DNA from: Patescibacteria group bacterium
GTDB lineage: Bacteria; Patescibacteriota; Patescibacteriia; GWA2-46-9
Length of the DNA stretch: 64,000 nt
Assembly: GCA_041675205.1 (NCBI GenBank)
Contig: JBAYUF010000003.1
Location: forward strand, 26,172 to 90,171
Direction of reading: 5' to 3'
Part shown: one piece after another, positions 1 through 14,004 of the stretch
Layout of the letters: every line of letters starts with the position of its first letter
Numbering within the stretch: the stretch's first letter is position 1
Translations under genes and position numbers: made by a program
Notes under the pieces: generated by a model
What the model was told of the DNA's origin: nothing
Seen by the model: the letters and a program-made list of their open reading frames with translations, nothing else
Databases searched by the model: none

Positions 1-494
1 TTTTTGAAAGCGATTTTACCGGCCTTCAGTTCCGTGACCGCTTTTCCAACGTTCTTTGTAACCGTTTCGTTTTTTGGCGAAGGCATGAGACCGCGAGGGC
101 CAAGGATTTTGGCAATTGCGGCTAGTTGCGCCATTATGTCTGGCGTCGCAACAGCAACGTCGAAATCACACTTGCCGGTGGTGCGGATGGTGTCGATGAG
201 GTCTTTGGCGCCAACAATGTCTGCGCCAGCTTGCTTGGCCGCCAATTCTGATTCACCTTCGGCGAAAACAGCCACTCGTTTCGTTTTTCCAGTGCTGTGC
301 GGCAACGTTACCGTGCCACGAACCTGTTGGTCACCCTGTTTGGTGTCAACACTAAGTCGCACGTGAACTTCCACTGATTCAGTGAACTTGGCTTGGCCAA
401 GTGTCTTCAAGAGCTCAATAGCTTCTGTTGGCTGATAAGGTCGTTTTTCAACCTTCTTTACGTTCTGCTGGTGTCGCTTGCCTTTTGTGGCCAT
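1..494 (-). CDS. rplA: 50S ribosomal protein L1 (partial; C-terminus lies beyond window start)
   Basis: Reverse-strand translation from ATG at 494 gives MATKGKRHQQNVKKVEKRPYQPTEAIELLK...VRGTVTLPHSTGKTKRVAVFAEGE..., a typical L1 sequence; lies directly downstream of rplK on the same strand. Not in the ORF track because it runs off the window. Confidence 0.85.
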   Translation of the reverse strand, partial: MATKGKRHQQNVKKVEKRPYQPTEAIELLKTLGQAKFTESVEVHVRLSVDTKQGDQQVRGTVTLPHSTGKTKRVAVFAEGESELAAKQAGADIVGAKDLIDTIRTTGKCDFDVAVATPDIMAQLAAIAKILGPRGLMPSPKNETVTKNVGKAVTELKAGKIAFK

Positions 495-550
495 AAAATA
501 GAGGTTAGTGGTACAAACGTTCTAAATGAACTCCCACGATTAATGATTTG

Positions 551-973
551 TTACTCGACGGTAATGCCCATTTGTCGGGCTGTGCCTTGAATAGTGTTCA
601 TGGCTGATTCAATACTGGTGGTATTGAGGTCGCTCATTTTCTTTTCAGCAATTTCTCTTAGTTGCGCCTTGCTAATCTTACCCACCTTCTCTTGCAGTGG
701 CTTGCCAGAACCCTTCGCCACGCCGGCTGCTTTTTTGATTAACACCGAAGCAGGGGATGTCTTTAAGATGAAGGTGTAGGTTCGATCCTCGAAAACAGTA
801 ATTTCGACTGGGGTAACATCGTCACCGCGATCTTGGGTCGCTGCGTTAAATTTGGTACAGAATTCTTGGATGTTGACACCATGCTGACCAAGCGCCGGAC
901 CAACTGGTGGAGCGGGGTTGGCCTTACCAGCGGTGATTTGCAGCTTGATAATTGTCTTAATCTTCTTTGCCAT
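551..973 (-). CDS. rplK: 50S ribosomal protein L11
   Basis: [39 protein letters not shown]... is canonical L11; nusG-rplK-rplA order. Confidence 0.92.
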   Translation of the reverse strand: MAKKIKTIIKLQITAGKANPAPPVGPALGQHGVNIQEFCTKFNAATQDRGDDVTPVEITVFEDRTYTFILKTSPASVLIKKAAGVAKGSGKPLQEKVGKISKAQLREIAEKKMSDLNTTSIESAMNTIQGTARQMGITVE

Positions 974-994
974 AGTGATGTTAAATACGGGTGA

Positions 995-1540
995 TTACAC
1001 TTTTTGGATTTGGAGGAAGTCTAACTCGACGGGGGTTTCTCGGCCGAACATTGAAACGAGCACCCGTACTTTTCCACGAATATCGTCAACGCTGGCCACT
1101 TTTCCTTCAAAGTCTTTGAACGGCCCGTCGGTTATTTTTACCGCTGTATCGGGCGTAACGTCGATGGTATATTTTGGCTCTTCAATACCCATTCTCTTTT
1201 GTATTCCTTTCACCTCTTCTTCAGACAACGCGGTTGGCGTGGTGCCAGTACCAATAAACCCGGTGACGTTTGGTGTGTTACGAACAACGTACCAAGAATC
1301 ATCTGTGACCATCATTTCAACAAGCACATACCCCGGGAAAATCTTTTCAGTCACCACCCGTCGACGACCGTTTCGGATTTTAATTTTTTTCTCAGTCGGA
1401 ATCAGTATGTTGAAGATTTTGTCTTCAAGCCCCAAGGTTTCGACCCGTTGCTTTAAATTTCTTTCAACGTTCTCTTCATACCCTGAATAGGTGTGCAGTA
1501 CGTACCATCGTCGCCCTTGGTCGCCAATCTGCTTTGTCAT
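995..1540 (-). CDS. nusG: transcription termination/antitermination factor NusG
   Basis: RWYVLHTYSGYEENV...KIFPGYVLVEM... NGN and KOW motifs; sits between secE and rplK. Confidence 0.9.
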   Translation of the reverse strand: MTKQIGDQGRRWYVLHTYSGYEENVERNLKQRVETLGLEDKIFNILIPTEKKIKIRNGRRRVVTEKIFPGYVLVEMMVTDDSWYVVRNTPNVTGFIGTGTTPTALSEEEVKGIQKRMGIEEPKYTIDVTPDTAVKITDGPFKDFEGKVASVDDIRGKVRVLVSMFGRETPVELDFLQIQKV

Positions 1541-1542
1541 AT

Positions 1543-1725
1543 TTACAACAGCCGAGCTAAGCCCAGGGTGAGTAGGTAATCAACGATACCAAAGAACACT
1601 GCCACAATGGCGCTTACTGCCACAACGAGGAGTGCGTGTTGGGTGGCGACAGCTCGAGTTGGCCAGGTGACCTTTTTGAGCTCCATCCACGATGTTTTGA
1701 AGTAATTGATGATAGGATTTGTCAT
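1543..1725 (-). CDS. secE: preprotein translocase subunit SecE
   Basis: 60-aa single-TM protein immediately upstream of nusG (conserved secE-nusG arrangement); WPTR motif. Confidence 0.7.
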   Translation of the reverse strand: MTNPIINYFKTSWMELKKVTWPTRAVATQHALLVVAVSAIVAVFFGIVDYLLTLGLARLL

Positions 1726-1736
1726 CGAATTGTTCG

Positions 1737-1763
1737 GATTTTAAAACCCCCCGAAACGGGGGT
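1737..1763 (-). terminator. putative intrinsic terminator/attenuator between gyrB and secE
   Basis: GC hairpin CCCCCC-GAAA-CGGGGG (1746-1761) followed on the minus strand by a TTTTAAAA tract. Confidence 0.45.
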
Positions 1764-1827
1764 TCATTCACGACTCTACCAGATGTTCTTGCCTTTGGCA
1801 AGCGTATGCCGCTCACTGCTAAAATGT

Positions 1828-4854
<3,027 letters not shown>

Positions 4855-4857
4855 ACT

Positions 4858-5988
4858 ATGTTAGGTGCGTTTCGCGGTCGGGTTGGAAAGTTTGATTGGT
4901 TTTTGGCCTTAGGAATCGTTATTTTGTTAGCGGTGAGTTTGGTTACGCTCTACAGCATCGGTGCGGCACGGTCCGATGGTGATTTTGCTGTTTTCACAAA
5001 GCAGCTCTGGGTGGCGGTTCTCGGCCTCGGTATTTTTATTATTTTGAGTGCGTTTGATTTTCAACTTTGGCAGTGGTTGAGTCGTTGGACATTTTTGGCA
5101 ACAGTACTGCTGTTGTTTTCTACGCTCATTTTTGGCCGCGTTATTAACGGTACGCGTGGTTGGTTGAGTGTAGCCGGATTGCAATTTCAGCCAGTAGAGA
5201 TAGCCAAGTTTGCGGCCGTGCTGGCGCTGGCAAGTTTTTTTTCTCTGCGAGCACGGGAACTTAACCGCACCCGAAATCTTTTACAAAGCGTCACGTTGAT
5301 TGGGCTACTCGTTGTACCTGTTCTTTTGCAACCAGATTTTGGTTCGGCGGCTGTGCTTTTGTCTTTGTGGGTCGGCACGGTACTCGTGATTGGGGTTAAG
5401 CGTCGTTACCTTGTTACGTTAGTTACCGTTAGCGCTGTTATTTTTGGAATTGCCTGGTTCTTTTTATTTGTCCCGTACCAGCGCGATCGTATTCGAACTT
5501 TTTTTGCGCCTAATGCCGATACCGCTGCTAGCTATAACGTTCGTCAAGCGACGATAGCTGTTGGCTCTGGTCAAGTGTTTGGTCGGGGATTAGGGCAAGG
5601 GTCACAGAGTCAGTTGAAATTTTTGCCCGAGGTGGAAACCGACTTCATATTTGCCGCTGTCGCCGAGCAGCTCGGTTTCGCCGGCGTCGTAGTTGTTTTC
5701 GGCTTAATGGGTTTGATATTTTTTCGCCTCTACATTTTACTCAATCGCTGCCAAGACTGGTTTGGCGCCTTCTTTGTTTTGGGGGTACTGGTGCTTTTAA
5801 CCACGGAAGTTTTTGTGAATGCGGGTATGTCTATGGGGCTTATGCCAGTTGTCGGTATTCCCTTCCCATTACTCTCGGCCGGCGGGAGCGCTTTACTCGT
5901 TCATCTGGCGCTATTTGGTGTGGTGGAGAGTATTGCCCGCAGGGAAGGTTCACGAGGGTATCAAGTTTCCCAAGTGGCGTTAGGTTGA
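4858..5988 (+). CDS. SEDS-family peptidoglycan glycosyltransferase (FtsW/RodA)
   Basis: Multi-TM protein with GRGLGQGSQSQLKFLPEVETDFIFAAVAEQLGF... characteristic of FtsW/RodA. Confidence 0.8.
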   Translation: MLGAFRGRVGKFDWFLALGIVILLAVSLVTLYSIGAARSDGDFAVFTKQLWVAVLGLGIFIILSAFDFQLWQWLSRWTFLATVLLLFSTLIFGRVINGTRGWLSVAGLQFQPVEIAKFAAVLALASFFSLRARELNRTRNLLQSVTLIGLLVVPVLLQPDFGSAAVLLSLWVGTVLVIGVKRRYLVTLVTVSAVIFGIAWFFLFVPYQRDRIRTFFAPNADTAASYNVRQATIAVGSGQVFGRGLGQGSQSQLKFLPEVETDFIFAAVAEQLGFAGVVVVFGLMGLIFFRLYILLNRCQDWFGAFFVLGVLVLLTTEVFVNAGMSMGLMPVVGIPFPLLSAGGSALLVHLALFGVVESIARREGSRGYQVSQVALG

Positions 5989-6023
5989 CAGTAAAGTTCA
6001 CATTCGCTAGGCTTTTCGCAACT

Positions 6024-6183
6024 ATGATTATTCGCTTCCAAAATAATTTGCTTCTTAGTCTTCCTCTTCCTCTTACCCTTACCCAGGGTGGAGTGTTGAA
6101 TGGTGTGTAACTTTATTTAAAAGTACCTACCCTTCAGCCCTTCACCACGCGTGAGGGGCTGATTTGTATCCGGAAGGTTTTTT
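6024..6183 (+). promoter_or_regulatory. candidate leuA leader: 28-codon leucine-rich leader peptide (6024-6110) plus attenuator-like hairpins (6136-6183)
   Basis: ATG at 6024 encodes MIIRFQNNLLLSLPLPLTLTQGGVLNGV (8 Leu, 7 of them CTT/TTG within 11 codons). Downstream is a 12-bp stem AGCCCTTCACC/GGTGAGGGGCT, an overlapping alternative pairing CCTTC...GAAGG followed by TTTTTT, then leuA at 6245. Confidence 0.45.
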
Positions 6184-6244
6184 CACAATTGAGCAGTGAG
6201 CACAGGACCATCTGTGAAACAGGTGGTGAGGGAGAGGAAGGAAC

Positions 6245-7861
6245 ATGATTGAAGTGGAACAGAGTCAAGATTACGTTCGGATTTTCGATACTACCTTGCG
6301 TGACGGCGAACAGGCGCCGGGCTGCACCATGGGTGCGCAGGAAAAGGTGCGGATGGCTGCGGTCATCGCCGACTTGGGGGTCAGCGTCATTGAGGCGGGG
6401 TTTGCGGCCGCGCGGGCTGGTGAACCCGAAGCGATTCGGGCAGTGGTTGCGGCAGTGGGTCGTGAATCTAACAGCCCCGTCATTTTGAGCCTGGCTCGGA
6501 CACGTCGAGATGACATCGATATGGCCCTTGCAGCGGTCAAAGATGCTGCGCATCCTGGAATTCACCTCTTCATTGCCACGTCGGAACTTCATCTGCGGGA
6601 GAAGTTGGTCATCCCGTTTGAGGAGGCACTTTCGCAGATGGTCGAGGCAGTGGAGTACGCCAAGCAATTTGTGGGGCACATCGAGGTCTCGGCGGAAGAT
6701 GCGACGAGAACTTCGCCGGATCGTCTGGTGGAATTCTACAAGGCACTGATTCGGGCTGGGGCTACGGTGTGCAACGTTCCCGACACGACCGGCTACGCCA
6801 CCGTGGACGACTACCGGGCGCTTTTTCGGAACTTGCTTCAGCAAGCCCGGGTTTGCGCGTGCAACAAGCGGCGACCATGTCATCACGTGACATGGAGTGC
6901 CCACGTTCATGACGACCTCGGCTTGGCAGTGGCGAAAAGTTTGGCGGCTGTTCAAGGTGGTGCACGCCAGGTCGAGTGTACGCTGCTCGGGATTGGTGAG
7001 CGGTGTGGCAACACTGCGCTTGAGGAAGTGGTGATGGCGCTTGATACGAGACAAGATCGGTTCGGTATCGCCACGCACGTTCATACCACGGGTTTGTGGC
7101 GAGCCTGTCAGGAACTGTCGCAAACCATCGGTTTTCCAATACCCATGAACAAGCCGGTTGTGGGGGCTAACGCCTTCGCGCACGAGGCTGGCATTCACCA
7201 AGATGGTGTTTTGGCAAATCGGGCGACGTACGAAATCATGTCGCCAGCCCGCATCGGTCGGCCCATCGATGAGCTCGTTCTGGGTAAGCACTCGGGTCGG
7301 AAAGGAATCAATGACAGGTTGCGAGCCTTGGGGGTCGACCTGGACGGCGTCGACATGAATTTGGTACTCGAAAGATTCAAGGCGTTGGCCGAAGCAAAAC
7401 GCGGGAGTCATGGCATCGACGACGCTGAGTTGTTGGCGCTACTGGTTGGTCCGAGCGATTGTGAGCGTTTTGTTCTGCGGTCTGCTTTTGGCAGTACTGC
7501 CTTGAACTCTGCGCACCGATCGCCGACGGCTCATGTGTTTTTGGTTGTCAATGGCCAAGAGCATGACCTTGAGCGAGACGGCGACGGCATCATCGATGCG
7601 GCTTTTGCGGCGGTTCAGGACATTACGCACTTGGATCCGCAACTGCTGGATTTTCAACTGCGTACGATTGGTCGGGCCACCGACGCCATGGGTCAAGCCG
7701 TGGTTGTACTTAAGTTGGATGGCACAGTCGTGCGAGGTGTGGGAGTTCATACTGACGTGACGATGGCTGCTTTGGAGGCCTATGTCAGCGGCTTGAACAA
7801 GCTCGAGCGGTTGCGTGAGTTTCGGGCGACGAATGGTCAGGTAACAGAACCGACGCCGTAG
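6245..7861 (+). CDS. leuA: 2-isopropylmalate synthase (LeuA family, with C-terminal regulatory domain)
   Basis: VRIFDTTLRDGEQAPG and HVHDDLGLAVAKSLAAVQGGARQVECTLLGIGERCGN motifs; 538 aa including a LeuA-type C-terminal domain; markedly GC-rich (~60%). Confidence 0.85.
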   Translation: MIEVEQSQDYVRIFDTTLRDGEQAPGCTMGAQEKVRMAAVIADLGVSVIEAGFAAARAGEPEAIRAVVAAVGRESNSPVILSLARTRRDDIDMALAAVKDAAHPGIHLFIATSELHLREKLVIPFEEALSQMVEAVEYAKQFVGHIEVSAEDATRTSPDRLVEFYKALIRAGATVCNVPDTTGYATVDDYRALFRNLLQQARVCACNKRRPCHHVTWSAHVHDDLGLAVAKSLAAVQGGARQVECTLLGIGERCGNTALEEVVMALDTRQDRFGIATHVHTTGLWRACQELSQTIGFPIPMNKPVVGANAFAHEAGIHQDGVLANRATYEIMSPARIGRPIDELVLGKHSGRKGINDRLRALGVDLDGVDMNLVLERFKALAEAKRGSHGIDDAELLALLVGPSDCERFVLRSAFGSTALNSAHRSPTAHVFLVVNGQEHDLERDGDGIIDAAFAAVQDITHLDPQLLDFQLRTIGRATDAMGQAVVVLKLDGTVVRGVGVHTDVTMAALEAYVSGLNKLERLREFRATNGQVTEPTP

Positions 7862-7896
7862 GAGGACGGCGTTAACCGAGAGGGGATTTGAAACAT

Positions 7897-7926
7897 CGGG
7901 GCAGGCTACAGCTGTAGCCTGCCCCG
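7897..7926 (+). terminator. putative terminator hairpin after leuA
   Basis: Perfect inverted repeat CGGGGCAGGCTACAG/CTGTAGCCTGCCCCG followed by AATTCGTTATCTT (weak T tract). Confidence 0.45.
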
Positions 7927-7981
7927 AATTCGTTATCTTGACACCTCACGAGTCCGCTGGTACGGTAGGTCAGTACTTTAT

Positions 7982-8317
7982 ATGCCCATGCACGATTTAG
8001 AGCGGCCGTTCTTTCATGAGGGATTTCGCCTCATGGCTCGCTGTCCTCTGTGTCAAACTCGGTATCAACCGAGCGCCGCAAAGGTGATTGCCGAGCGAGA
8101 AGACGCCTACCTTCTGCACGTGCCGTGCGTAAAGTGCAAAAGTGCCGTTGTGGCATTGATATTCGCAAATATGTTCGGTGTTAATTCAGTCGGTGTTCTG
8201 ACGGATCTAACGAGCGATGAAGTGCTCACGACCGATTCTCAGGCAGTATCCGCTGATGACGTCCTCGCTCTGTATGAGGCAACTACTGGTGGCTCTCTCG
8301 TTAGTCTTGTAACGTAA
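7982..8317 (+). CDS. hypothetical zinc-ribbon protein
   Basis: 111 aa with CPLC...CVKC cysteine pairs; no other recognisable motif. Confidence 0.4.
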   Translation: MPMHDLERPFFHEGFRLMARCPLCQTRYQPSAAKVIAEREDAYLLHVPCVKCKSAVVALIFANMFGVNSVGVLTDLTSDEVLTTDSQAVSADDVLALYEATTGGSLVSLVT

Positions 8318-8324
8318 TTAATTT

Positions 8325-8987
8325 ATGGCAACACGGCAGACATTGTCCGTCCGCACTCGGACGGTTTTTGGTAAAAAGAATGCAGACCTCCGCACCTCGG
8401 GGGTTATTCCTGGTGTTATATATGGACAAGGTGCTGAAGCGGTTAGCGTTTCTGTTACTCGCAGCGTATTTGAAAAGCTTTTTACTGCCGCCGGAGAGAG
8501 CACGTTGATTGACTTAGTCATTGATGAACAGTCGCCAACGGTTGCGCTTATTCATGATGTGCAGCGTGATCCATTGCGTGGTGAATTGGCGCACTTTGAT
8601 TTGTACCGAGTGAACATGAACAAAGCCATTACCGTTACCGTTCCCTTGGTCTTGGTCGGTGAAGCGCCGGTTGTAAAGTCTCAGGGCGCGGTTTTGGTTC
8701 GTGCCATCGACCACGTGAGCGTATCTTGTCTTCCGGCTGATTTGATTCACGAGTTAACCATTGATCTCGGTGGGCTGACCGCCATTGATGACGCTATTCG
8801 TATTGGTACGATTGTTCCGCCGAGTGGCGTCACCATTGAGGGGGACCCTGAAGCGGTTGTCGTTACCGTGCAAGCGCCGAGAGCTGAAGAAGTGGTTGTG
8901 GCAGCTCCAGAAGCCGATGTTACAAAAGTTGAAGTTGAGAAGAAAGGGAAACAAGAAACTGACACTGCCGAGGCAGCGAAGAGTTAA
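8325..8987 (+). CDS. rplY: 50S ribosomal protein L25 / general stress protein Ctc
   Basis: N-terminal L25 domain (MATRQTLSVRTRTVFGKKNADLRTSGVIPGVIYG) plus Ctc-type C-terminal extension. Confidence 0.8.
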   Translation: MATRQTLSVRTRTVFGKKNADLRTSGVIPGVIYGQGAEAVSVSVTRSVFEKLFTAAGESTLIDLVIDEQSPTVALIHDVQRDPLRGELAHFDLYRVNMNKAITVTVPLVLVGEAPVVKSQGAVLVRAIDHVSVSCLPADLIHELTIDLGGLTAIDDAIRIGTIVPPSGVTIEGDPEAVVVTVQAPRAEEVVVAAPEADVTKVEVEKKGKQETDTAEAAKS

Positions 8988-9006
8988 TCCAATAGTTTTC
9001 TTTCCT

Positions 9007-9040
9007 GAAATACTCCTCGACAATTGTCGAGGAGTATTTC
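9007..9040. terminator. bidirectional terminator between convergent rplY and prmC
   Basis: Perfect palindrome GAAATACTCCTCGACA-ATTG-TCGAGGAGTATTTC with T/A tracts on both sides. Confidence 0.6.
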
Positions 9041-9903
9041 TATACAGTAAAAATAACGTAGCGCTTGTATCCCTCCGCATCGCGCTTTACGTTAACAGTA
9101 GCGGTTGGAAAAGTTCGTACAATCAGTCGAGCCAGCGCACCGGTATTGCAAGCGTCAGCTTCCCAACAAGCCCACAATCTTTGTGGCGATGACACGTTTC
9201 GTTTTGCGAGCATAGCGACAAGCCGTCGATAGTAATAGAGCCCGTCGTGGCCAGCAACAAGCGCTCGACGTGGCTCAAAACGTCGAACACTTTTTGGTGC
9301 GTTTACGTAGTCATACTTTGGGAGGTAGGGGAGATTTGCAAGGAGTATTAGGCCGTCCGCTTTATCAGCCGCCGTACCACGGAGCGGCGCGATTAGGTCG
9401 CCGAATAGCCACGTTACGCTCGGTACAGTATGTCGACGAGCATTTTTCTTTGCCACGAGTAGTGCGGCTCGGGAAGCGTCAATGCCGTAGCAGGGGACAG
9501 CAGTGCCGACAGTTGCCGCTATGGAAATAATAATATTTCCACTACCGGTTCCGATATCGATAATTGGTGTGCCTGTTGGGGCAGCGTTGCAAAATGTTAA
9601 TCCTTGCTCGACCAAAAATTCGGTTCCCGGTCGTGGAATAAGCACGCGAGAAGTTACCAGGAAGTTTCGATCACAAAAAATACGTTCACCCAAAAGGTAG
9701 GCCATTGGCTTTCCTCGTCGGTATTGCCAGCAGTGCCACACAAACTGCACTAGTTGGCTGCGTGTCAGTTGCAGCTCAGGGTAGGCGACAATTGCAATGG
9801 TGTCTCGATGAAGCGCAGCGGCGAGCAGCGTCGTTGCATCGGCATGGGGGACACCAAGGCGCTTTGCTAGTTTATAGCAGTTATGTACGTTCGCGCTTGG
9901 CAC
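9040..9903 (-). CDS. prmC: release factor glutamine methyltransferase PrmC (HemK)
   Basis: DIGTGSGNIII SAM-binding motif and NLPY (NPPY-like) motif; overlaps prfA end by 23 nt (prfA-prmC operon). Confidence 0.8.
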   Translation of the reverse strand: MPSANVHNCYKLAKRLGVPHADATTLLAAALHRDTIAIVAYPELQLTRSQLVQFVWHCWQYRRGKPMAYLLGERIFCDRNFLVTSRVLIPRPGTEFLVEQGLTFCNAAPTGTPIIDIGTGSGNIIISIAATVGTAVPCYGIDASRAALLVAKKNARRHTVPSVTWLFGDLIAPLRGTAADKADGLILLANLPYLPKYDYVNAPKSVRRFEPRRALVAGHDGLYYYRRLVAMLAKRNVSSPQRLWACWEADACNTGALARLIVRTFPTATVNVKRDAEGYKRYVIFTV

Positions 9904-10942
9904 GTTCTACTATTTTGAGTTGATCAATAATGTCGTCTAAGTTGCCATCGAGTATGCGCTGGACGCCGTTGAAATTATCGCTGAGTCGATGGTCGGTCAC
10001 TCTATCTTGGGGAACGTTGTAGGTGCGAATTTTTTCTGAGCGTTCGCCAGTGCCGACCTGTTCTTTTCTAGCGCTGGCCTCGGCCATTTGCTGCCGCGTG
10101 CTTTCAGCGGCAAAAAGTCGAGCTCGGAGTACTTCCATAGCCTTAATCTTATTTTGCTGAAAGTTTCGTTCATCTTGGCACTGCACCACAATGCCCGATG
10201 GTCGGTGCAGGATACGGATGGCTGAGTAGGTTGTGTTAACAGATTGTCCGCCATGGCCACCAGCCGTCGACGCTTTAATGTCTAAATCTTTTGGGTCAAT
10301 CGTTATATCAATTTCGTCAGCTTCGGCCATCACCGCCACCGTGGCGGTGGAGGTATGAATACGACCACTTTTCTCGGTGTCAGGGACCCGTTGTACTCGA
10401 TGGACCCCGCTTTCGAATTTTAATCGGCTATACACACGCTCACCTTCGATAGCAAAAATGACTTCTTTGTAGCCGCCAATGCCCGTGCTGCTGGAACTGA
10501 GCAGTCTGGTGCGCCAGTTGTGTGTTTCCGCATAGCGGTTGTACATGCGCAACAATTCACCAGCAAATAAGCCGGCCTCGTCACCACCGGCCGCCGCTCG
10601 AATTTCGATAATTGTGTTTTTATTATCTCTCGGGTCGGCCGGGTGGAGATACTCGTCGAGCGCCAAGAGCGCCGCCGCTTGTTTTATTTTCAATTCTTCA
10701 ACTTCAATTTCGGCTATGTTACGCAATTCCGCGTCTTCGTCGCGAATGAGTGTCTCAGCTTCGGCTAGTCTTTGTGTCAACGTGTGAGCGGTTGTGAAGA
10801 GGGCAAGGCCTCGGGTAACCTCACGATGTTCTTCAGAGGCTCGTCTGAGCGCCACAGAATTGCCGGCCGTGCTGAGCTCAGCCAGTTCGTTTTCGAGCGT
10901 AATGAGTCGCTCGCGGAGTTGTTGTTCTTGAGGCGCGTTCAC
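9881..10942 (-). CDS. prfA: peptide chain release factor 1
   Basis: GGQ motif (GGHGGQSVNTTYSAIRILHRPSGIVVQCQDERNFQQNK) and RF1-type RVQRVPDTE tripeptide region. Confidence 0.85.
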   Translation of the reverse strand: MNAPQEQQLRERLITLENELAELSTAGNSVALRRASEEHREVTRGLALFTTAHTLTQRLAEAETLIRDEDAELRNIAEIEVEELKIKQAAALLALDEYLHPADPRDNKNTIIEIRAAAGGDEAGLFAGELLRMYNRYAETHNWRTRLLSSSSTGIGGYKEVIFAIEGERVYSRLKFESGVHRVQRVPDTEKSGRIHTSTATVAVMAEADEIDITIDPKDLDIKASTAGGHGGQSVNTTYSAIRILHRPSGIVVQCQDERNFQQNKIKAMEVLRARLFAAESTRQQMAEASARKEQVGTGERSEKIRTYNVPQDRVTDHRLSDNFNGVQRILDGNLDDIIDQLKIVERAKRERT

Positions 10943-10978
10943 GGTTGCGACGTGCGGCAGCCAGTTGCGCTGACCAAT

Positions 10979-11308
10979 CTACTTGGCCGCGCTCGTTCGC
11001 TTCTTTGCCAGGACTGTTTTTGGTGATTCGTCTACCTTACGTTGTCGTTTACCGGAACGAAGGGTGCGCTTGGTTTTTCGACCAACTTTACCGACCGCTG
11101 CTGTTGATTGCGCATCAATTCTCTTTTGGAACCTGTCGACCCGTCGGGCAGTGTCCACCAGCTTCTGCTTACCGGTGTAGAAAGGGTGGCAGTTACTGCA
11201 AAGTTCAACTTGTAACGTTTGTGCTGTCGCGCCAATGGTAAACGTATTACCGCAAACGCAGGTAACCGTTGCTTCTGGATAGTATGTTGGATGAATCTTT
11301 GGTTTCAT
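10979..11308 (-). CDS. rpmE: 50S ribosomal protein L31 with long basic C-terminal extension
   Basis: [30 protein letters not shown]...[13 protein letters not shown]; start set at ATG complement 11306-11308; ~40-aa K/R-rich tail beyond the usual L31 length. Confidence 0.8.
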   Translation of the reverse strand: MKPKIHPTYYPEATVTCVCGNTFTIGATAQTLQVELCSNCHPFYTGKQKLVDTARRVDRFQKRIDAQSTAAVGKVGRKTKRTLRSGKRQRKVDESPKTVLAKKRTSAAK

Positions 11309-11506
11309 AAGGTATATCTTAATGTGGAGCGATAATACCAAAGTGCTTAGTAATTGGCAAGTTTTGGTACGGAACGAGGTCTCGGTCATCAGACTTGCCA
11401 AGTTTTCGGCACTTTGGTAGGATATTTGCGCTTGCAGTACTCGGTAAAAGCCGCGTCGCGGCATTTTTATTCATCAAGCGTTTTCGCATTTTCCTTTCCG
11501 CTACGT

Positions 11507-12256
11507 ATGTCACAAACCATCACCAATAAGAAATCTGGTTCGCCAACCCTCCTCGAGCTGTTAAAGGCCGGGGTTCATTTTGGTCATCTCACCTCAAAGT
11601 GGCACCCAAAAATGGCACCCTTTATATTTTCTTCCCGACAAGGTGTCCACATTATCAATCTAGAAGCCACGCAGCAGCAGCTCGCCAAGGCGCTCGATTT
11701 TATTCGAGAAACTGTTGCCAAAGGGGGATCCATACTATTTGTCGGCACGAAGAAGCAAATTCAGGATTACGTAAAAGAAGCCGCCTCATCAGTTAATATG
11801 CCGTACGTTCATGACCGCTGGATTGGTGGCATGCTCACGAACTTTGCTGTTATCGGGAAAATGATTGCGCGCCACAAGGAGCTTGGTCGTTTGCTTGGCG
11901 AAAATGGGTTTGCTGATAACACGAAGAAAGAGCGACTCGAACGACAGCGAGAGTATGCCCGACTGGAAGGCGTTATTGGTGGTATTTCAAACCTGGAGCG
12001 TTTGCCAGAAGCTATTTTCCTCATCGACGTTCGTCGTGAGCGAACGGCTGTACATGAGGCGACTCGCGTTGGTGTCCCGATTGTGGCCCTTTGCGACACA
12101 AACGTGAACCCTGGAACCGTGCAGTACCCAATTCCAGCCAACGATGATGGGGTTAGTGCCTTGAAGTTAATGATTGATCAGGCGGTTGATGCTATTCGTG
12201 ACGGTATCGCTGAAAGAGGCACCAGAATTGCCACGGCTGCAGCTGCGAAAGAATAA
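11507..12256 (+). CDS. rpsB: 30S ribosomal protein S2
   Basis: LLKAGVHFGHLTSKWHPKMAPFIF...HIINLEAT... start at ATG 11507 (MSQTITNKK), not the upstream ORF-track M. Confidence 0.9.
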   Translation: MSQTITNKKSGSPTLLELLKAGVHFGHLTSKWHPKMAPFIFSSRQGVHIINLEATQQQLAKALDFIRETVAKGGSILFVGTKKQIQDYVKEAASSVNMPYVHDRWIGGMLTNFAVIGKMIARHKELGRLLGENGFADNTKKERLERQREYARLEGVIGGISNLERLPEAIFLIDVRRERTAVHEATRVGVPIVALCDTNVNPGTVQYPIPANDDGVSALKLMIDQAVDAIRDGIAERGTRIATAAAAKE

Positions 12257-12300
12257 GTGTTCGTTCGGAGTAGTGGGTTAGTACTCTTTTTAATTTTTGT

Positions 12301-13916
<1,616 letters not shown>

Positions 13917-13937
13917 AGAGAACTGCGCTTGTTGCCA

Positions 13938-13969
13938 TCCGCTCCCGAGTTCTCGGGGCGGATTTTTTG
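13938..13969 (+). terminator. intrinsic terminator/attenuator between gap and pgk
   Basis: CCGCTCCCGAG-TT-CTCGGGGCGG hairpin followed by ATTTTTT; a TGnTACAAT-like -10 follows before pgk. Confidence 0.55.
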
Positions 13970-14004
13970 CTGCCGAGAGAACCCCTTGTGCTACAATGGT
14001 TTAA

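Noticed and set aside
4-366. 120-aa plus-strand ORF at the window start
   Set aside because: Antisense to a clear rplA (L1) coding sequence on the minus strand.
6134-7411. 425-aa minus-strand ORF (plus 6271-6540 and 6762-7139) fully antisense to leuA
   Set aside because: Long antisense ORFs are expected in a ~60% GC stretch. No motif was recognised, whereas the plus-strand frame has unmistakable LeuA motifs.
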